From Acidobacteriota bacterium (GTDB lineage Bacteria > Acidobacteriota > Terriglobia > Bryobacterales > UBA6623): a DNA stretch of 64,000 nucleotides. The notes under the pieces are model-generated. The model did no database searches and was not told where the DNA came from. It was given only the letters and a program-made list of their open reading frames with translations. The position numbers and the translations under genes are program-made. Positions 28,171-38,758 of this stretch are shown piece after piece. Positions within the stretch are counted from its first letter, which is position 1, and every line of letters starts with the position of its first letter. The stretch is taken from contig JAQCLD010000008.1 in the NCBI GenBank assembly GCA_027592785.1, positions 3,955 to 67,954 on the forward strand, given 5' to 3'.

Positions 28171-28776
28171 CTAGCCGCTCGGTGCGACCGACAACAAATA
28201 GATAAGCGGAAAGACGAACATCCACACCAGGTCCACGAAATGCCAATAGAGGCCAGCGACTTCAACGTCTTCGCTGTCGAACTTACCGCGCCGAAAGCCA
28301 AAGGCAATCACGCTGAGATAGACGACGCCGATGATCACGTGGGTCATGTGCAGGCCGGTGATCAAGTAAAACGTCCCGCCAAATAAGGGCGCGCCCCAGG
28401 GATTGGCGAATGGCGTGACCCCCTCATCGATCAGGTGCCGCCACTCCATCAAATGCAGGACCACAAATACGACTCCGCCGAGCGCTGTCAGCAGAATATG
28501 CTTCATGGCCCGCGATCTGTCTCCCGCGTGGGCCGCCGCGACACCGAAGACCATGGTGAGGCTGCTCGAAAGCAAGACGAAGGTCATGGCCGAGGAGAAG
28601 ACGATGGCCGGCGAAAAATCGAAAGGATGCGGCCAATCGTTAGCCAGCCGCAGATAACTGTAGGTGACGAGTAGAGCCGCGAAGGTCAGGGCATCGGAGA
28701 CGAGGAACAGCCACATCCCCAGCTTCTTGCGACCGAGGTCCAACAGGGCGTTTTCTTGTGCAGCTGCGTGCGCCAT
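28171..28776 (-). CDS. ctaE: Heme-copper oxidase subunit III (second copy)
   Basis: KLGMWLFLVSDALTF, TGLHMTHV, GLYWHFVDLVW. Confidence 0.9.
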   Translation of the reverse strand: MAHAAAQENALLDLGRKKLGMWLFLVSDALTFAALLVTYSYLRLANDWPHPFDFSPAIVFSSAMTFVLLSSSLTMVFGVAAAHAGDRSRAMKHILLTALGGVVFVVLHLMEWRHLIDEGVTPFANPWGAPLFGGTFYLITGLHMTHVIIGVVYLSVIAFGFRRGKFDSEDVEVAGLYWHFVDLVWMFVFPLIYLLSVAPSG

Positions 28777-28783
28777 TCGTCTA

Positions 28784-29464
28784 CTACCCGAGATACAACA
28801 ACAGAACCACGATATAGAGCCAAAGCACGCCAATGAAATGCCAGTAAAGCGCCGCCGCCTCGACCACCGCCTTCGGGCGTGGCCATGGACGGCGAATCGA
28901 TACACGCATCACGACGTAGCCGAGCACGCCCAGTCCGCCCAATACGTGCAGACCATGGGCCGCCGTCAGCAGGTAGAAGAACGCCCCGCTTGGCTGGCCG
29001 CGCAGCACGACGCCCTGGGAGAGCATCTGGGACCAACCGGAAAACTGCCCGATGAGAAACCCGACGCCCAGCAGCGCCGTGAACAGCATCCACTTGCGAA
29101 CGTCCTTGGCTCCGCGCCTGCGGACAGCCCGCTTAGCCGCTTCGAACGTCAAACTGCTGAGCAACAATGCGCCGGAGCTGAGCCAAAGGACCGGCGGCAG
29201 GGTGATGTGGCGCCAGTCTTCGCGCACGCTGCTGACGACCATGGCGCTTGAGATCGCGGCGAAGAACATCACGATTCCCGCAATGCCGACCCAGACGGCC
29301 AGCTTGTACCGCTGCTCTGAATGGAAGCCGTCTCCGCCCGAGTCGCCGCCGCCCCAACCGCGGGTATCCGGCGGAGGAGAACCGAAGCCGCCGCTGCCGG
29401 CGCTGCGAACGTCAACGCGCGTGGGGCGCTTGGCGTCCGCTGGAGGCTGCAGCGTCACGGCCAT
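28784..29464 (-). CDS. ctaE: Heme-copper oxidase subunit III (first copy)
   Basis: FFYLLTAAHGLHVLGG, LYWHFIGVLW. Confidence 0.88.
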   Translation of the reverse strand: MAVTLQPPADAKRPTRVDVRSAGSGGFGSPPPDTRGWGGGDSGGDGFHSEQRYKLAVWVGIAGIVMFFAAISSAMVVSSVREDWRHITLPPVLWLSSGALLLSSLTFEAAKRAVRRRGAKDVRKWMLFTALLGVGFLIGQFSGWSQMLSQGVVLRGQPSGAFFYLLTAAHGLHVLGGLGVLGYVVMRVSIRRPWPRPKAVVEAAALYWHFIGVLWLYIVVLLLYLG

Positions 29465-29466
29465 CG

Positions 29467-31251
29467 CTATTCAGCCGCTCCCGCGCCGTCAGGCTCGTGC
29501 TGCATCAAGAAATCCTTCGCGCTGCCAGGGACGCTGTAATCGTAAGGGCCGCGGCGAACGACTGGAATCCGGCCGGCGAAATTGTCGTGGGGCGGGGGCG
29601 ACGGCAGTGTCCACTCCAGGCTGGTCGATTCCCAAGGGTTATCGCTCTGGGGCTTCTTTCCCGCGAACAGACTCCACAGGAAGTTCACCAAGAACAGTAG
29701 CTGCGCGGTCACTAGAATCATGGACGCGATGGTGATGAAGTAATGCAGTTCAGCGGAGCCCCGTTCGGCCAGATAGTCGACTCCGCTAATCTCCGCGTAG
29801 CGCCGCGGGTGCCCCAGCGTGCCGAGGAAGTGCATCGGACCGAACACGCCGTAGACTCCGAACATCGTCAGCCAAAAGTGCAGCTTGTTGAGCGGCTCGT
29901 TCATCATTCGCCCAAACATCTTGGGGAACCAATAAACCAGCCCGGCAAACATCGCCATGACCGCTGCCACGCCCATGATCAGGTGAAAATGCGCCACTAC
30001 GAAGTATGTGTCGTGGAAGTACATATCGAGCGCCGGTTGGCCCAAGAACAGGCCCGTGATGCCGCCCGCCACGAAAATCGACACAAAGCCGATGGCGTAA
30101 AGCATCGGCGAATCGAGCCGCAAGCGGCCGCCCCACATCGTTCCGATCCAGTTGAACGTCTTGATGGCCGACGGCACGCCGATGGCCATCGTCAGGATCG
30201 AGAACGTCATCGCTGAGTAGGGGCTCATGCCGCTAACGAACATGTGATGACCCCAGACCACAAAGCCAAGCCCGGCGATCGCACCCATGGCGTAGATCAT
30301 GGCGCGGTAACCGAATACCGGCTTGCGCGAGAACGTCGCGAGCACGTGCGAAATGATTCCCATGCCGGGCAAGATCGCGATGTAGACCTCCGGATGTCCG
30401 AAGAACCAGAACAGGTGCTGCCAAAGAATGGGAGATCCGCCCGCGCGGTCAATGAGCCGATCGCTGACGACTAGCCCGGCGGGAATGAAAAAACTCGTAT
30501 CGAGGTTGCGGTCCATCAGCAGCAGAATGCCGCCGGCCAGCAAAACGCCGAAAGCCAAAAGGCCAATGACGGCGGTTGTAAACCAGCCCCACACGGTCAA
30601 CGGCATACGCATCAGAGTCATGCCCTGGGTACGCATCTCGAGCGTGGTGACGATGAAGTTGATCGCGCTGAGCACCGACGCGAGGCAGAAGATCGCGATT
30701 GAGGCGATCCACAAATCCTGGCCATTACCCGCCGAAGTCGCCTCACGCAGAGCGCTCAACGGCGGATAGGCCGTCCAGCCGGAGCCAGGGGCTCCGCCGG
30801 TGACGAAGAACGCAGCCATCAGCGTCATGAACGACAGAAACGTCAGCCAGAAGGCCAGCATGTTCAGTCTCGGAAAGGCCATGTCCGCCGCGCCGATCTG
30901 TATCGGCAAAAAGTAGTTGCCGAAGCCGCCTTGGGGCGCAGTGGTCAGCACCATGAAGACCATGATGGTGCCGTGCATGGTGAGGAGCGCGAGATAGAAC
31001 TCCGGCGTCATCACGCCGTCCGGCGCGCCAGTGGGGAAAAGCGTCTCAAGAAAAGCGTAGGGCCGGTCAGGCCACACCAGCCGGATGCGCATGAGCATCG
31101 ACAGCGCCATGCCGACGAAGGCCGCCACGATCGCCAGCAGCAAGTACTGGATGCCGATGACCTTGTGGTCCGTCGAGAATATCCAGCGGCCCACGAAGCT
31201 TTTTGGCTCTGCGTGGCGCTCGACTTCGGTGTAGGTAATTGCTTCGGGCAT
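29467..31251 (-). CDS. ctaD: Cytochrome c oxidase subunit I, type A1
   Basis: TDHKVIG, HGTIM, GWTAYPPLS, WFFGHPEVY (A1 signature), WGHHMF, HDTYFVVAHFH. Confidence 0.97.
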   Translation of the reverse strand: MPEAITYTEVERHAEPKSFVGRWIFSTDHKVIGIQYLLLAIVAAFVGMALSMLMRIRLVWPDRPYAFLETLFPTGAPDGVMTPEFYLALLTMHGTIMVFMVLTTAPQGGFGNYFLPIQIGAADMAFPRLNMLAFWLTFLSFMTLMAAFFVTGGAPGSGWTAYPPLSALREATSAGNGQDLWIASIAIFCLASVLSAINFIVTTLEMRTQGMTLMRMPLTVWGWFTTAVIGLLAFGVLLAGGILLLMDRNLDTSFFIPAGLVVSDRLIDRAGGSPILWQHLFWFFGHPEVYIAILPGMGIISHVLATFSRKPVFGYRAMIYAMGAIAGLGFVVWGHHMFVSGMSPYSAMTFSILTMAIGVPSAIKTFNWIGTMWGGRLRLDSPMLYAIGFVSIFVAGGITGLFLGQPALDMYFHDTYFVVAHFHLIMGVAAVMAMFAGLVYWFPKMFGRMMNEPLNKLHFWLTMFGVYGVFGPMHFLGTLGHPRRYAEISGVDYLAERGSAELHYFITIASMILVTAQLLFLVNFLWSLFAGKKPQSDNPWESTSLEWTLPSPPPHDNFAGRIPVVRRGPYDYSVPGSAKDFLMQHEPDGAGAAE

Positions 31252-31256
31252 CGTTC

Positions 31257-32069
31257 CTACTGCACGTACTGCGCTTGCTCGCTGAGCCAAGTCTCAAACG
31301 CCGCCGGCTCCATCACTTCCATGAAAGCTCGCATGCGGTAGTGACCCAGCCCGCATAACTCCGAGCAAGCGATCTCGTATGTCCCCTTCTTGTCGGGCGT
31401 AAATCGCAAGCGGCCTTCCAAACCGGGCACTGCGTCCAACTTGATGCGCAACTCGGGCACGAAGAAGTTATGCAAGACGTCCTTGGACTTCAACACGATC
31501 TCGACTTCGCGTCCCACCGGCAAGGCCAGGCGCGGCACGATCAGATCGTCCTCGCCCATTGGGTGCGTACGGTCGACCCCCAAGGCGTTTCCCATGGAGT
31601 CGTCGATCAACTTCGGATCCGTGGGCCCGAAATCGCCGTCTGGACCCGTGTAACGGATGTTCCAAACGAATTGCTGCCCAACGACCTCGACAATGAGTCG
31701 GTCAGCGTCGCCTGCACTATGGCGCTCAGCGTCAAAGCGGGCCTCGGCCCAGGCTGAATAGCTGGCCAGTGAGAGTCCGATAAAGATCGCCGCGCCGCCA
31801 GCGGTCCAAAGCATTTCCCAGCGAGCCGAACCCTCGATGTAGGTTGCTGCCTCTTTGCGCTTGCGTCCGAAACGCAACACGGCGTATCCCAGGGCGAATT
31901 GCGAAAGCAAGAAGATCGCGCCGCTCAGCACGAAAGTCAACGTCATACGGCTATCGATCTGCCGCGCTAAAGGCGTGATTGCCTCGGGGAATCCCCACGG
32001 CCCGAACCACGCCGGCAAGAGCAGCGCCAGGGCGAGCAACCAAATTGCGACTGCAACGATAAACGCCAT
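31257..32069 (-). CDS. ctaC: Cytochrome c oxidase subunit II (CuA)
   Basis: DVLHNF...CSELCGLGHYRM. Confidence 0.95.
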   Translation of the reverse strand: MAFIVAVAIWLLALALLLPAWFGPWGFPEAITPLARQIDSRMTLTFVLSGAIFLLSQFALGYAVLRFGRKRKEAATYIEGSARWEMLWTAGGAAIFIGLSLASYSAWAEARFDAERHSAGDADRLIVEVVGQQFVWNIRYTGPDGDFGPTDPKLIDDSMGNALGVDRTHPMGEDDLIVPRLALPVGREVEIVLKSKDVLHNFFVPELRIKLDAVPGLEGRLRFTPDKKGTYEIACSELCGLGHYRMRAFMEVMEPAAFETWLSEQAQYVQ

Positions 32070-32089
32070 AAGGATGGTCGATTAGTGTA

Positions 32090-32845
32090 TCAATCCCCTG
32101 GTCCGTATCCGAATTCGTCCAGGATGGCACGAGCGCGCGGATCGTCCATGTAGTCGGCGAAGCGGTATGACGAGTCTTTGTGCAGGGCTGTTACCAGAAC
32201 CGCTAACGCTTGCTCGATCGGATCGTACAACGCCGCCTCCAATTCGTAGATCTTGCCGTCCGACTCCCTCGCCAGCGACAGCGCCGTAACGGCGATGTCG
32301 GCGTTGCCGGATGCGGCGTACTGCTGGGTCATGCTGATGTTTTGGGCGTAGACAATCTTGCCCTTGAGTTGATTGCTGTAGCCCAACCGATCCAACGCTT
32401 GCTCTGCAGCGATCCCGTAGGGGGCGAACGCTGGATTGGCCATGGACACGTACTTCACGCTGGGATCGAGCAGTGCCTCGGGGCCGCTTAGCTCGAGGGG
32501 ACCATCCTTGCGCGCCCACAACGCCAACCGGCCGCGGGCGTATACGTACTTGGAATCCGGCTCGGCAAAGCCGCCGGCAACTAGCTCGTCGACGTGGGCC
32601 ACGTCAGCCGACAAAAAGATGTCGAACGGGGCGCCGTTCTCGATCTGCTGAGTGAGGTTGGACGTCGACCCCACGCTAACGACCGCCTTGAGTCCCGACG
32701 ACGCCTCGAAGTCTTCCACTAATCGCGGAATTGCGCGGTCCAAGTTGGAGGCCGCAGCGACGATCACCGCCTCTGTTGCATCGCTCGCTCCGCCGCAGCC
32801 ATAGGCGGCCAGAACGAACAGCCCAGCAAAGTAGATGCGGCGCAT
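32090..32845 (-). CDS. modA: Molybdate ABC transporter substrate-binding lipoprotein
   Basis: Lipobox AYGC; VAAASNL, GSTSNLTQQIENGAPFDIFLSAD, ANPAFAPYG. Confidence 0.93.
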   Translation of the reverse strand: MRRIYFAGLFVLAAYGCGGASDATEAVIVAAASNLDRAIPRLVEDFEASSGLKAVVSVGSTSNLTQQIENGAPFDIFLSADVAHVDELVAGGFAEPDSKYVYARGRLALWARKDGPLELSGPEALLDPSVKYVSMANPAFAPYGIAAEQALDRLGYSNQLKGKIVYAQNISMTQQYAASGNADIAVTALSLARESDGKIYELEAALYDPIEQALAVLVTALHKDSSYRFADYMDDPRARAILDEFGYGPGD

Positions 32846-32901
32846 GGGCCCAGGATAGCGAACCCAGCGGGGTGATCTCGTGCGGTATGATACCGGCGAA
32901 A

Positions 32902-35124
32902 ATGTCCCGTCGCCGATCACGAGCCGAACTCGCCTACAGTCCCATCCCATTCGGCCTCGGCGAGACGAAGCCGCATCATTTTCGCGATATGGCCCGCATC
33001 GCCTGGACCAATCGCGACAACCTCGGATACGCCTGGCGTGTGCTGACTCAGGGCGTCTGCGACGGCTGCGCGCTGGGCACCACGGGGCTCCACGACTGGA
33101 CCATCGAGGGAACACATCTGTGCATGGTTCGCTTGGAATTGTTGCGTCTGAACACCATGGGGGCGCTTGATCACGACCTGTTGGGCGACGCGGAGGCGCT
33201 CGCGGCCAGCAGTTCCAAGGACCTGCGGGCCATGGGGCGGCTGGCCTACCCGATGCGCCGCCGGCGCGGCGAGAAGGGCTTCGCACGCGTTTCGTGGCAG
33301 GAATTGTGGGCCGATGTCGGCGAACGTTGGCGCGGCTTCGACCCGCAGCGTACGTTTCTCTATTTGACTAGCCGCGGCATCACCAACGAGGTTTACTACG
33401 TCGCCCAAAAAGTGATGCGCTATCTCGGCTCGCCGAACGTCGATAACTCGGCCCGCCTGTGCCACTCGCCCTCGACCGCCGGCCTCAAGGCGACGATCGG
33501 CGTTGCCGCGACCACCTGCTCTTACCGCGACTGGTTCGACTCCGACCTGATTGTCTTCTTCGGGTCGAACCCGGCCAACGATCAGCCGGTCGCGCTGAAG
33601 TACCTGGCTGACGCACGGCGGCGCGGCGCCCGTGTGCTGATGGTCAACGCCTATCGCGAGCCCGGGATGCAGCGCTACTGGATCCCCTCCAACCCAGACT
33701 CAGCGGTGTTTGGAACGAAGATCGCCGACCGCAACTTTTTGGTGAAAGTCGGCGGCGATCTGGCCTTCGTCAACGCCGTGCAGAAAGTGCTGATTGAGCG
33801 CGGCTGGGTCAAACGTGAGTTCCTGGATGCTGCCGTGGAGGGCTACGAAGAACTCAAGACGTCCCTCGACGCCCAATCGATGGACGACTTGCTGGCACAG
33901 TGCGGACTGCCTTTGTCTGAAGTCGAGGCCTTCGCCAAAGAGCTGTCCGAGGCCGATCTCGGCGTCTTCGTGTGGTCCATGGGCATTACCCAGCACGCCC
34001 ACGGCGCCGACACCGTCACCGGCATCGTCAATCTGGGCCTGCTCAGGGAATACGTGGGGCGACCCGGTACGGGCATGATGCCGATTCGCGGCCACTCCGG
34101 CGTCCAAGGCGGCGCCGAAATGGGCGCCTACGCTACGGCGCTGCCGGGGGGCCTGGAAGTCAACGCGGAGTCGGCGGCGAGGTTCTCCGCGCAGTGGGGC
34201 TTCGACGTCCCCAATCAGCCCGGTCTGGCCACGGTCGACGCGCTCGAAGCCGCCGGGCAGGGAGGTCTCGACGCGCTTTACGCCATCGGCGGCAACTTCC
34301 TGGAAACGATGCCCGAGCCGGACCGTATCCGCGCCGGCCTAGAGCAGATCCCCCTGCGTGTGCACTCTGACATCGTCGTCACCTCGCAAATGCTCGTCGA
34401 ACCCGCCGACACGGTCTACCTGCTGCCGGCGAGAACGCGCTACGAGCAGCAGGGCGGCGGCACCGAGACGACCACCGAGCGGCGGGTGATCTTCTCCCCG
34501 CACATCCCCGGACACGATGTCGGCGAGGCGCATTCAGAGTGGCAGTCCTTGCTCGATTTGGCTAGATCCGCCAAGCCAGAGGAATACTCGCGCGTGCACT
34601 TCGAAGACGCCGCAGCCATTCGCCGCGACATTGCTCAGGCGGTCCCCGTGTACGCCGGGATCGAGAAGTTTTCGAGCCAAGGCGATCAGTTCCAGTGGGG
34701 CGGGCCGCGTCTTTGCGAGAACCGCTCCTTCCCAACCGTAGACGGCAAGGCGCACCTGACGCCGGTCGTACCGCCTTCGCTGGGGGTGCCAACGGACGCC
34801 GACACGTTCGTCCTGGCCACGCGACGGGGCAAGCAGTTCAATTCGATGATCCAGCAAGACCGCGACCCGCTCACCGGCGCCGAACGAGATCACATCTTCG
34901 TCGCCCCTGCGGACGCGCAACGGCTGGAACTGCAGATGAACTCGCCAATCGAAGTCAGCAATCAGCAAGGCTCCTATCGCGGCCGCGCCTTCATCGCCGA
35001 CGTGGCGCCCGGCACGCTCCAGGGCCATTGGCCCGAGATGCTTTGTTTGATTCCTCATGGCCGCGTCGACCCGCAAGGCGGCGTGCCCGACTACAACGCC
35101 AACGTGCGCGTCTCGAAGCTCTAG
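32902..35124 (+). CDS. FdhF/YdeP family molybdopterin oxidoreductase
   Basis: GVCDGCALG, HLCMVRL, DNSARLCHSPS, WSMGITQH, PIRGHSGVQG, TRRGKQFNS. Confidence 0.92.
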   Translation: MSRRRSRAELAYSPIPFGLGETKPHHFRDMARIAWTNRDNLGYAWRVLTQGVCDGCALGTTGLHDWTIEGTHLCMVRLELLRLNTMGALDHDLLGDAEALAASSSKDLRAMGRLAYPMRRRRGEKGFARVSWQELWADVGERWRGFDPQRTFLYLTSRGITNEVYYVAQKVMRYLGSPNVDNSARLCHSPSTAGLKATIGVAATTCSYRDWFDSDLIVFFGSNPANDQPVALKYLADARRRGARVLMVNAYREPGMQRYWIPSNPDSAVFGTKIADRNFLVKVGGDLAFVNAVQKVLIERGWVKREFLDAAVEGYEELKTSLDAQSMDDLLAQCGLPLSEVEAFAKELSEADLGVFVWSMGITQHAHGADTVTGIVNLGLLREYVGRPGTGMMPIRGHSGVQGGAEMGAYATALPGGLEVNAESAARFSAQWGFDVPNQPGLATVDALEAAGQGGLDALYAIGGNFLETMPEPDRIRAGLEQIPLRVHSDIVVTSQMLVEPADTVYLLPARTRYEQQGGGTETTTERRVIFSPHIPGHDVGEAHSEWQSLLDLARSAKPEEYSRVHFEDAAAIRRDIAQAVPVYAGIEKFSSQGDQFQWGGPRLCENRSFPTVDGKAHLTPVVPPSLGVPTDADTFVLATRRGKQFNSMIQQDRDPLTGAERDHIFVAPADAQRLELQMNSPIEVSNQQGSYRGRAFIADVAPGTLQGHWPEMLCLIPHGRVDPQGGVPDYNANVRVSKL

Positions 35125-35143
35125 AGACGGGTTAACCTGAGGC

Positions 35144-36814
35144 ATGCGCGTACGACTCGGTTCGCTGCTGCTCGTTGTAGCCCTCCTCGCTCCCGCCGCA
35201 AGCAGGGAGCCCGTCCATGCCCGCAAGGCGATGGTCGTTTCCGCTGAGCCCCATGCGACCCGCGTGGGCGTGGCTGTGCTCAAGTCCGGCGGCAACGCGG
35301 TGGATGCTGCCGTCGCGGTCGGATTGACGCTGGCTGTCACCCATCCGCTGGCCGGCAACATCGGTGGCGGTGGGTTTATGCTCATCCGCTTCGCCGATGG
35401 ACGCGCGACATTTATCGACTTTCGCGAGCGTGCGCCCCAATCGGCAACGCGCGACATGTACCTCGATGCTGCAGGCAAACCCACCGACCAAAGCGTCGTC
35501 GGCTATCGTGCCTCCGGCGTTCCGGGGACGGTACGCGGGCTGGGTATGGCTCTTGAAAAGTACGGGTCCAAAAAGTGGCGCGACTTGGTCAAACCGGCCC
35601 AGAGACTTGCCGACAGCGGATTCCCGGTGACCTTCTCCTTGGCCAAAGAGATCGCAGGCAGCAGCCGTCTGCCGCTCTTTGAAGAGTCCCAGCGCATCTT
35701 TCTGAAGGGCAGCAAAGCGCCTGCCTACGGTGACATTCTGCGCCAGCGCGACCTTGCCAAGACTCTCGCCCGGCTGGCCGAACAAGGTCCTGACGAGTTC
35801 TACACGGGTCGCACGGCAGAACTCATCGCCCGCGATATGGAACGCCATGGCGGCCTCATTACCCTCGCGGATCTGCGCGACTACAAGCCTGTCGAGCGTG
35901 AGCCCCTGCGCGGCGCCTACCGCGGCTACGGGATTCTGAGCGCGCCGCCTCCCAGCTCAGGCGGCGTCGGCGTCATCCAGATGCTAAACATGCTCGAGCC
36001 GACCAACTTTGCCGCTGCCGGACCTGGCTCCGCGGCTGTCATCCACCAGGTCGCCGAGGCGATGCGTCGCTATTTCGCCGACCGCGCCGCATATTTCGGC
36101 GATACCGACTTCATCCAGATGCCGACCGCCAAGCTGCTCGACAAGGAGTACGCCCGCTCACGCTACGCCGACTACGACCCAGCCCAGGCCTCGACCAGCA
36201 CCGCCGTCGGCCCTGGACTGGGCCCCTGGAGGGAGAGCTACGAGACCACCCACTTTTCGGTCGTTGACGAACACGGCAACGCCGTCGCGGTCACCTACAC
36301 CCTCAACGGCCTCTTCGGCTCGGGCGTCACCATCGCCGGGACCGGCATTGTGATGAACAACGAGATGGACGACTTCACGGCGAAGGTTGGCGAGCCGAAC
36401 ATGTACGGCGTGCTGCAGAGCCCGGCGAACGGCGTCGAGCCGGGCAAACGTCCGCTGTCGGCAATGACCCCGACCATCGTTGTTCGCGACGGCAAGCCTT
36501 TCTTGGTGACCGGCGCTCCCGGCGGGCCGACGATCATCTCAACCGTGCTGCAGAACATCATCAACGTGATCGACTTCGGCATGGATGCTCAGGCCGCAGC
36601 TGACGCTCCACGCTTCCACCATCAGTGGATGCCAGACGAGCTGCGCATGGAGTCCGAGGGCTTTTCGCCCGATACGGTTCGAATCCTCGAAGCGATGGGA
36701 CACCGAGTCCGCCTAGGCTCGCTTATGGGCAAGGCAATGAATATACTGGCGACCGAAGATGGCTGGAGCGGCGCAGCGGACTCGCGCTCCGCTGGGCTCG
36801 CGGCAGGCTACTAG
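35144..36814 (+). CDS. ggt: Gamma-glutamyltransferase
   Basis: GGNAVDAAVA, IDFRERAP, ETTHFSVVD, NNEMDDF, KRPLSAMTPT, PRFHHQW. Confidence 0.96.
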   Translation: MRVRLGSLLLVVALLAPAASREPVHARKAMVVSAEPHATRVGVAVLKSGGNAVDAAVAVGLTLAVTHPLAGNIGGGGFMLIRFADGRATFIDFRERAPQSATRDMYLDAAGKPTDQSVVGYRASGVPGTVRGLGMALEKYGSKKWRDLVKPAQRLADSGFPVTFSLAKEIAGSSRLPLFEESQRIFLKGSKAPAYGDILRQRDLAKTLARLAEQGPDEFYTGRTAELIARDMERHGGLITLADLRDYKPVEREPLRGAYRGYGILSAPPPSSGGVGVIQMLNMLEPTNFAAAGPGSAAVIHQVAEAMRRYFADRAAYFGDTDFIQMPTAKLLDKEYARSRYADYDPAQASTSTAVGPGLGPWRESYETTHFSVVDEHGNAVAVTYTLNGLFGSGVTIAGTGIVMNNEMDDFTAKVGEPNMYGVLQSPANGVEPGKRPLSAMTPTIVVRDGKPFLVTGAPGGPTIISTVLQNIINVIDFGMDAQAAADAPRFHHQWMPDELRMESEGFSPDTVRILEAMGHRVRLGSLMGKAMNILATEDGWSGAADSRSAGLAAGY

Positions 36815-37689
36815 CGGCGGACGGGCGAAGGCTTGCCGCCGCCGGAGGCGATTTCGTCCAACATACCTTGCGCGTTCGGGGCCACGCTGGAGTTCGGGAA
36901 GCGCTCGATGACGGCCTGGAACTCGTTCGTCGCCTCTTGCGTCCGGTCGAGCTTTTGCAGCGACATGGCCTTCTTGAATAGCGCGTCAGCCGAGATCAAT
37001 CCGACCGGATAGCGCTCCAATACGCGGTCAAACTGGTTCGCGGCCTCTTCGAAATTCCCTTGGTTGTAGGCAATCGCGCCCAAGTAGTACTGCGCTTCGG
37101 GAGCTCGTCCGCTGCCGGCGGAGAGCCGCAGGAAGTCGTCGAATTGAGCCTTGGCCAGGTCGTAGTTGCCGCGATTGAAGTCAGCCTGCGCCTGGCTAAA
37201 GAAATCCTCGCCCAGCGACCCGCCCGTCTCGCCGGCAGGAGCGCCGTATGACCCTGGGGGAGGCAGCGTCGTCAGCGTTGTCTTGATGTCTTCGACCTCG
37301 CGCTGCAGGCGCGTGATCATCGAGTTCGATTCTTCAACCGCGTCGCGCAGGCCGCCGAACTGGGCCGACATCGCGTCGACCTTGGCTGCCGTATTGACGA
37401 CCGGCCCGACCACTTGGTCGCCCTGCCGGTTGACCGCACTCTCGATCACGGCCAGCGCCTGGTTGAGTTTGGTGATAGCGTCGAGGTTTTGCTTCATCAA
37501 CGCCTCAAGCGCGGCGATCTTCTGTCCGGTCCCGCGGTCGCTATCCATGAGCGCGCCTTGCAGCAACGCCACGTCTCGCTGGATCTCCAGCAAGCGATCC
37601 TTGGTGGACTGGCCGGGCATCATGGACGGCACGGCCAGAGCCAGTACAAGCGCCAAAACGGAAGTAGGGGTTCTCAGTACAGAATTCAC
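36811..37689 (-). CDS. cpoB: Tol-Pal-associated coiled-coil/TPR protein (CpoB/YbgF-like)
   Basis: Signal peptide, coiled coil, TPRs (APEAQYYLG, VIERFPNS); downstream of pal. Confidence 0.82.
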   Translation of the reverse strand: MNSVLRTPTSVLALVLALAVPSMMPGQSTKDRLLEIQRDVALLQGALMDSDRGTGQKIAALEALMKQNLDAITKLNQALAVIESAVNRQGDQVVGPVVNTAAKVDAMSAQFGGLRDAVEESNSMITRLQREVEDIKTTLTTLPPPGSYGAPAGETGGSLGEDFFSQAQADFNRGNYDLAKAQFDDFLRLSAGSGRAPEAQYYLGAIAYNQGNFEEAANQFDRVLERYPVGLISADALFKKAMSLQKLDRTQEATNEFQAVIERFPNSSVAPNAQGMLDEIASGGGKPSPVRR

Positions 37690-37843
37690 AGTCGCATCTC
37701 CCTCTTAACGAGAGCCATAAATGGTCAACTTTGAGACGGCTCACACGACCGGCAGGTTGCGGGAGAGTACCGCAGATCGTTCAAAAATCTGAATCTAGCT
37801 TACCAAGGATGACCCCTGCGCGGCCCGCCGGGCGGGTCCACGC

Positions 37844-37879
37844 AAAAATCGGGGAAGCCCGATTGGGCTCCCCCGATTT
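37844..37879 (-). terminator. Intrinsic terminator after pal
   Basis: Minus strand AAATCGGGGGAGCCC-AATC-GGGCTTCCCCGATTTTT. Confidence 0.75.
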
Positions 37880-37903
37880 GGGTCCTAACAGTTGTGCGCC
37901 TTT

Positions 37904-38671
37904 CTACGGTGCGACCGCGAAATGCGCACGGCGATTGCGCTGCCAGCACGACTCGTCTGCCGTCGTGCACTGCGGCCGCTCTTCGCCGTAGCTGACGGTC
38001 GACAGTTTGCCCGCCGAGACGCCCAGGGTAACCAGGAAATCGCGAGCAGCCGAAGCCCTGCGATCGCCCAGCGCCAAGTTGTACTCATTGGACCCGCGCT
38101 CGTCGCAGTGACCTTCCACCAGCACTCTGCCGTTCGCATAGGAAGCGAACAGGTCTTTCAGGGCGCTTGCGTTGGCCCGCAGGACGGGCTCGGCGTCAGG
38201 TCGTACATCGTACTTGTCGTAGTCGTAATACGTGTCGTTCACCGAGCGCCGCAAGGCGGTCGAGAAATCGTCTCGCGCCGGAGGCGGAGGAGGCGGCGGC
38301 GGTGGCGCGCGCACTACAACCTCGACTGAAGCGGTGGCGTTGCCGCCGGCTCCGGTCACTTCAATCGTATACGAGGTGGTATTGGTCGGGAAAATCTCAC
38401 GAGAACCGCTTGCGGGTACGGTTCCAATGCCTTGGTTCAACGACGCACTGGTCGCATTGCTCGAACTCCAGCGCAGGGTCGCGGACTTGCCTCTTTCGAT
38501 CGAACTCGGCTCGGCCGAGATCGTCACGGTCGGACGCGCCGGAGCTGGAGCTTGTACTGGCGCCGGCGGCGGGGGTGGGGGCTGCGGCGGCACTTCTTTC
38601 TTACACCCTGCCGCGAATAGCGCCAGGCTGATGTTGAGTGTCGCCAGCGCGATTTTTCTCTTGCTAATCAT
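37904..38671 (-). CDS. pal: Peptidoglycan-associated lipoprotein with an extra Ig-like domain
   Basis: Lipobox FAAGC; YYDYDK, VEGHCDERGSNEYNLALGDRRA, SYGEERP, NRRAHF. Confidence 0.93.
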   Translation of the reverse strand: MISKRKIALATLNISLALFAAGCKKEVPPQPPPPPPAPVQAPAPARPTVTISAEPSSIERGKSATLRWSSSNATSASLNQGIGTVPASGSREIFPTNTTSYTIEVTGAGGNATASVEVVVRAPPPPPPPPPARDDFSTALRRSVNDTYYDYDKYDVRPDAEPVLRANASALKDLFASYANGRVLVEGHCDERGSNEYNLALGDRRASAARDFLVTLGVSAGKLSTVSYGEERPQCTTADESCWQRNRRAHFAVAP

Positions 38672-38758
38672 GGAACTTATTGGCCTCCTCACTTTCTATC
38701 TGCGATTCTAGGACCCATCTGCTGGCCCACAGGTTAACCCAAAAGCCTCATATTCACA

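Noticed and set aside
28171-29464. Duplicated subunit III as a novelty
   Set aside because: Split or paired subunit III genes are common in A-type oxidase operons of several phyla.
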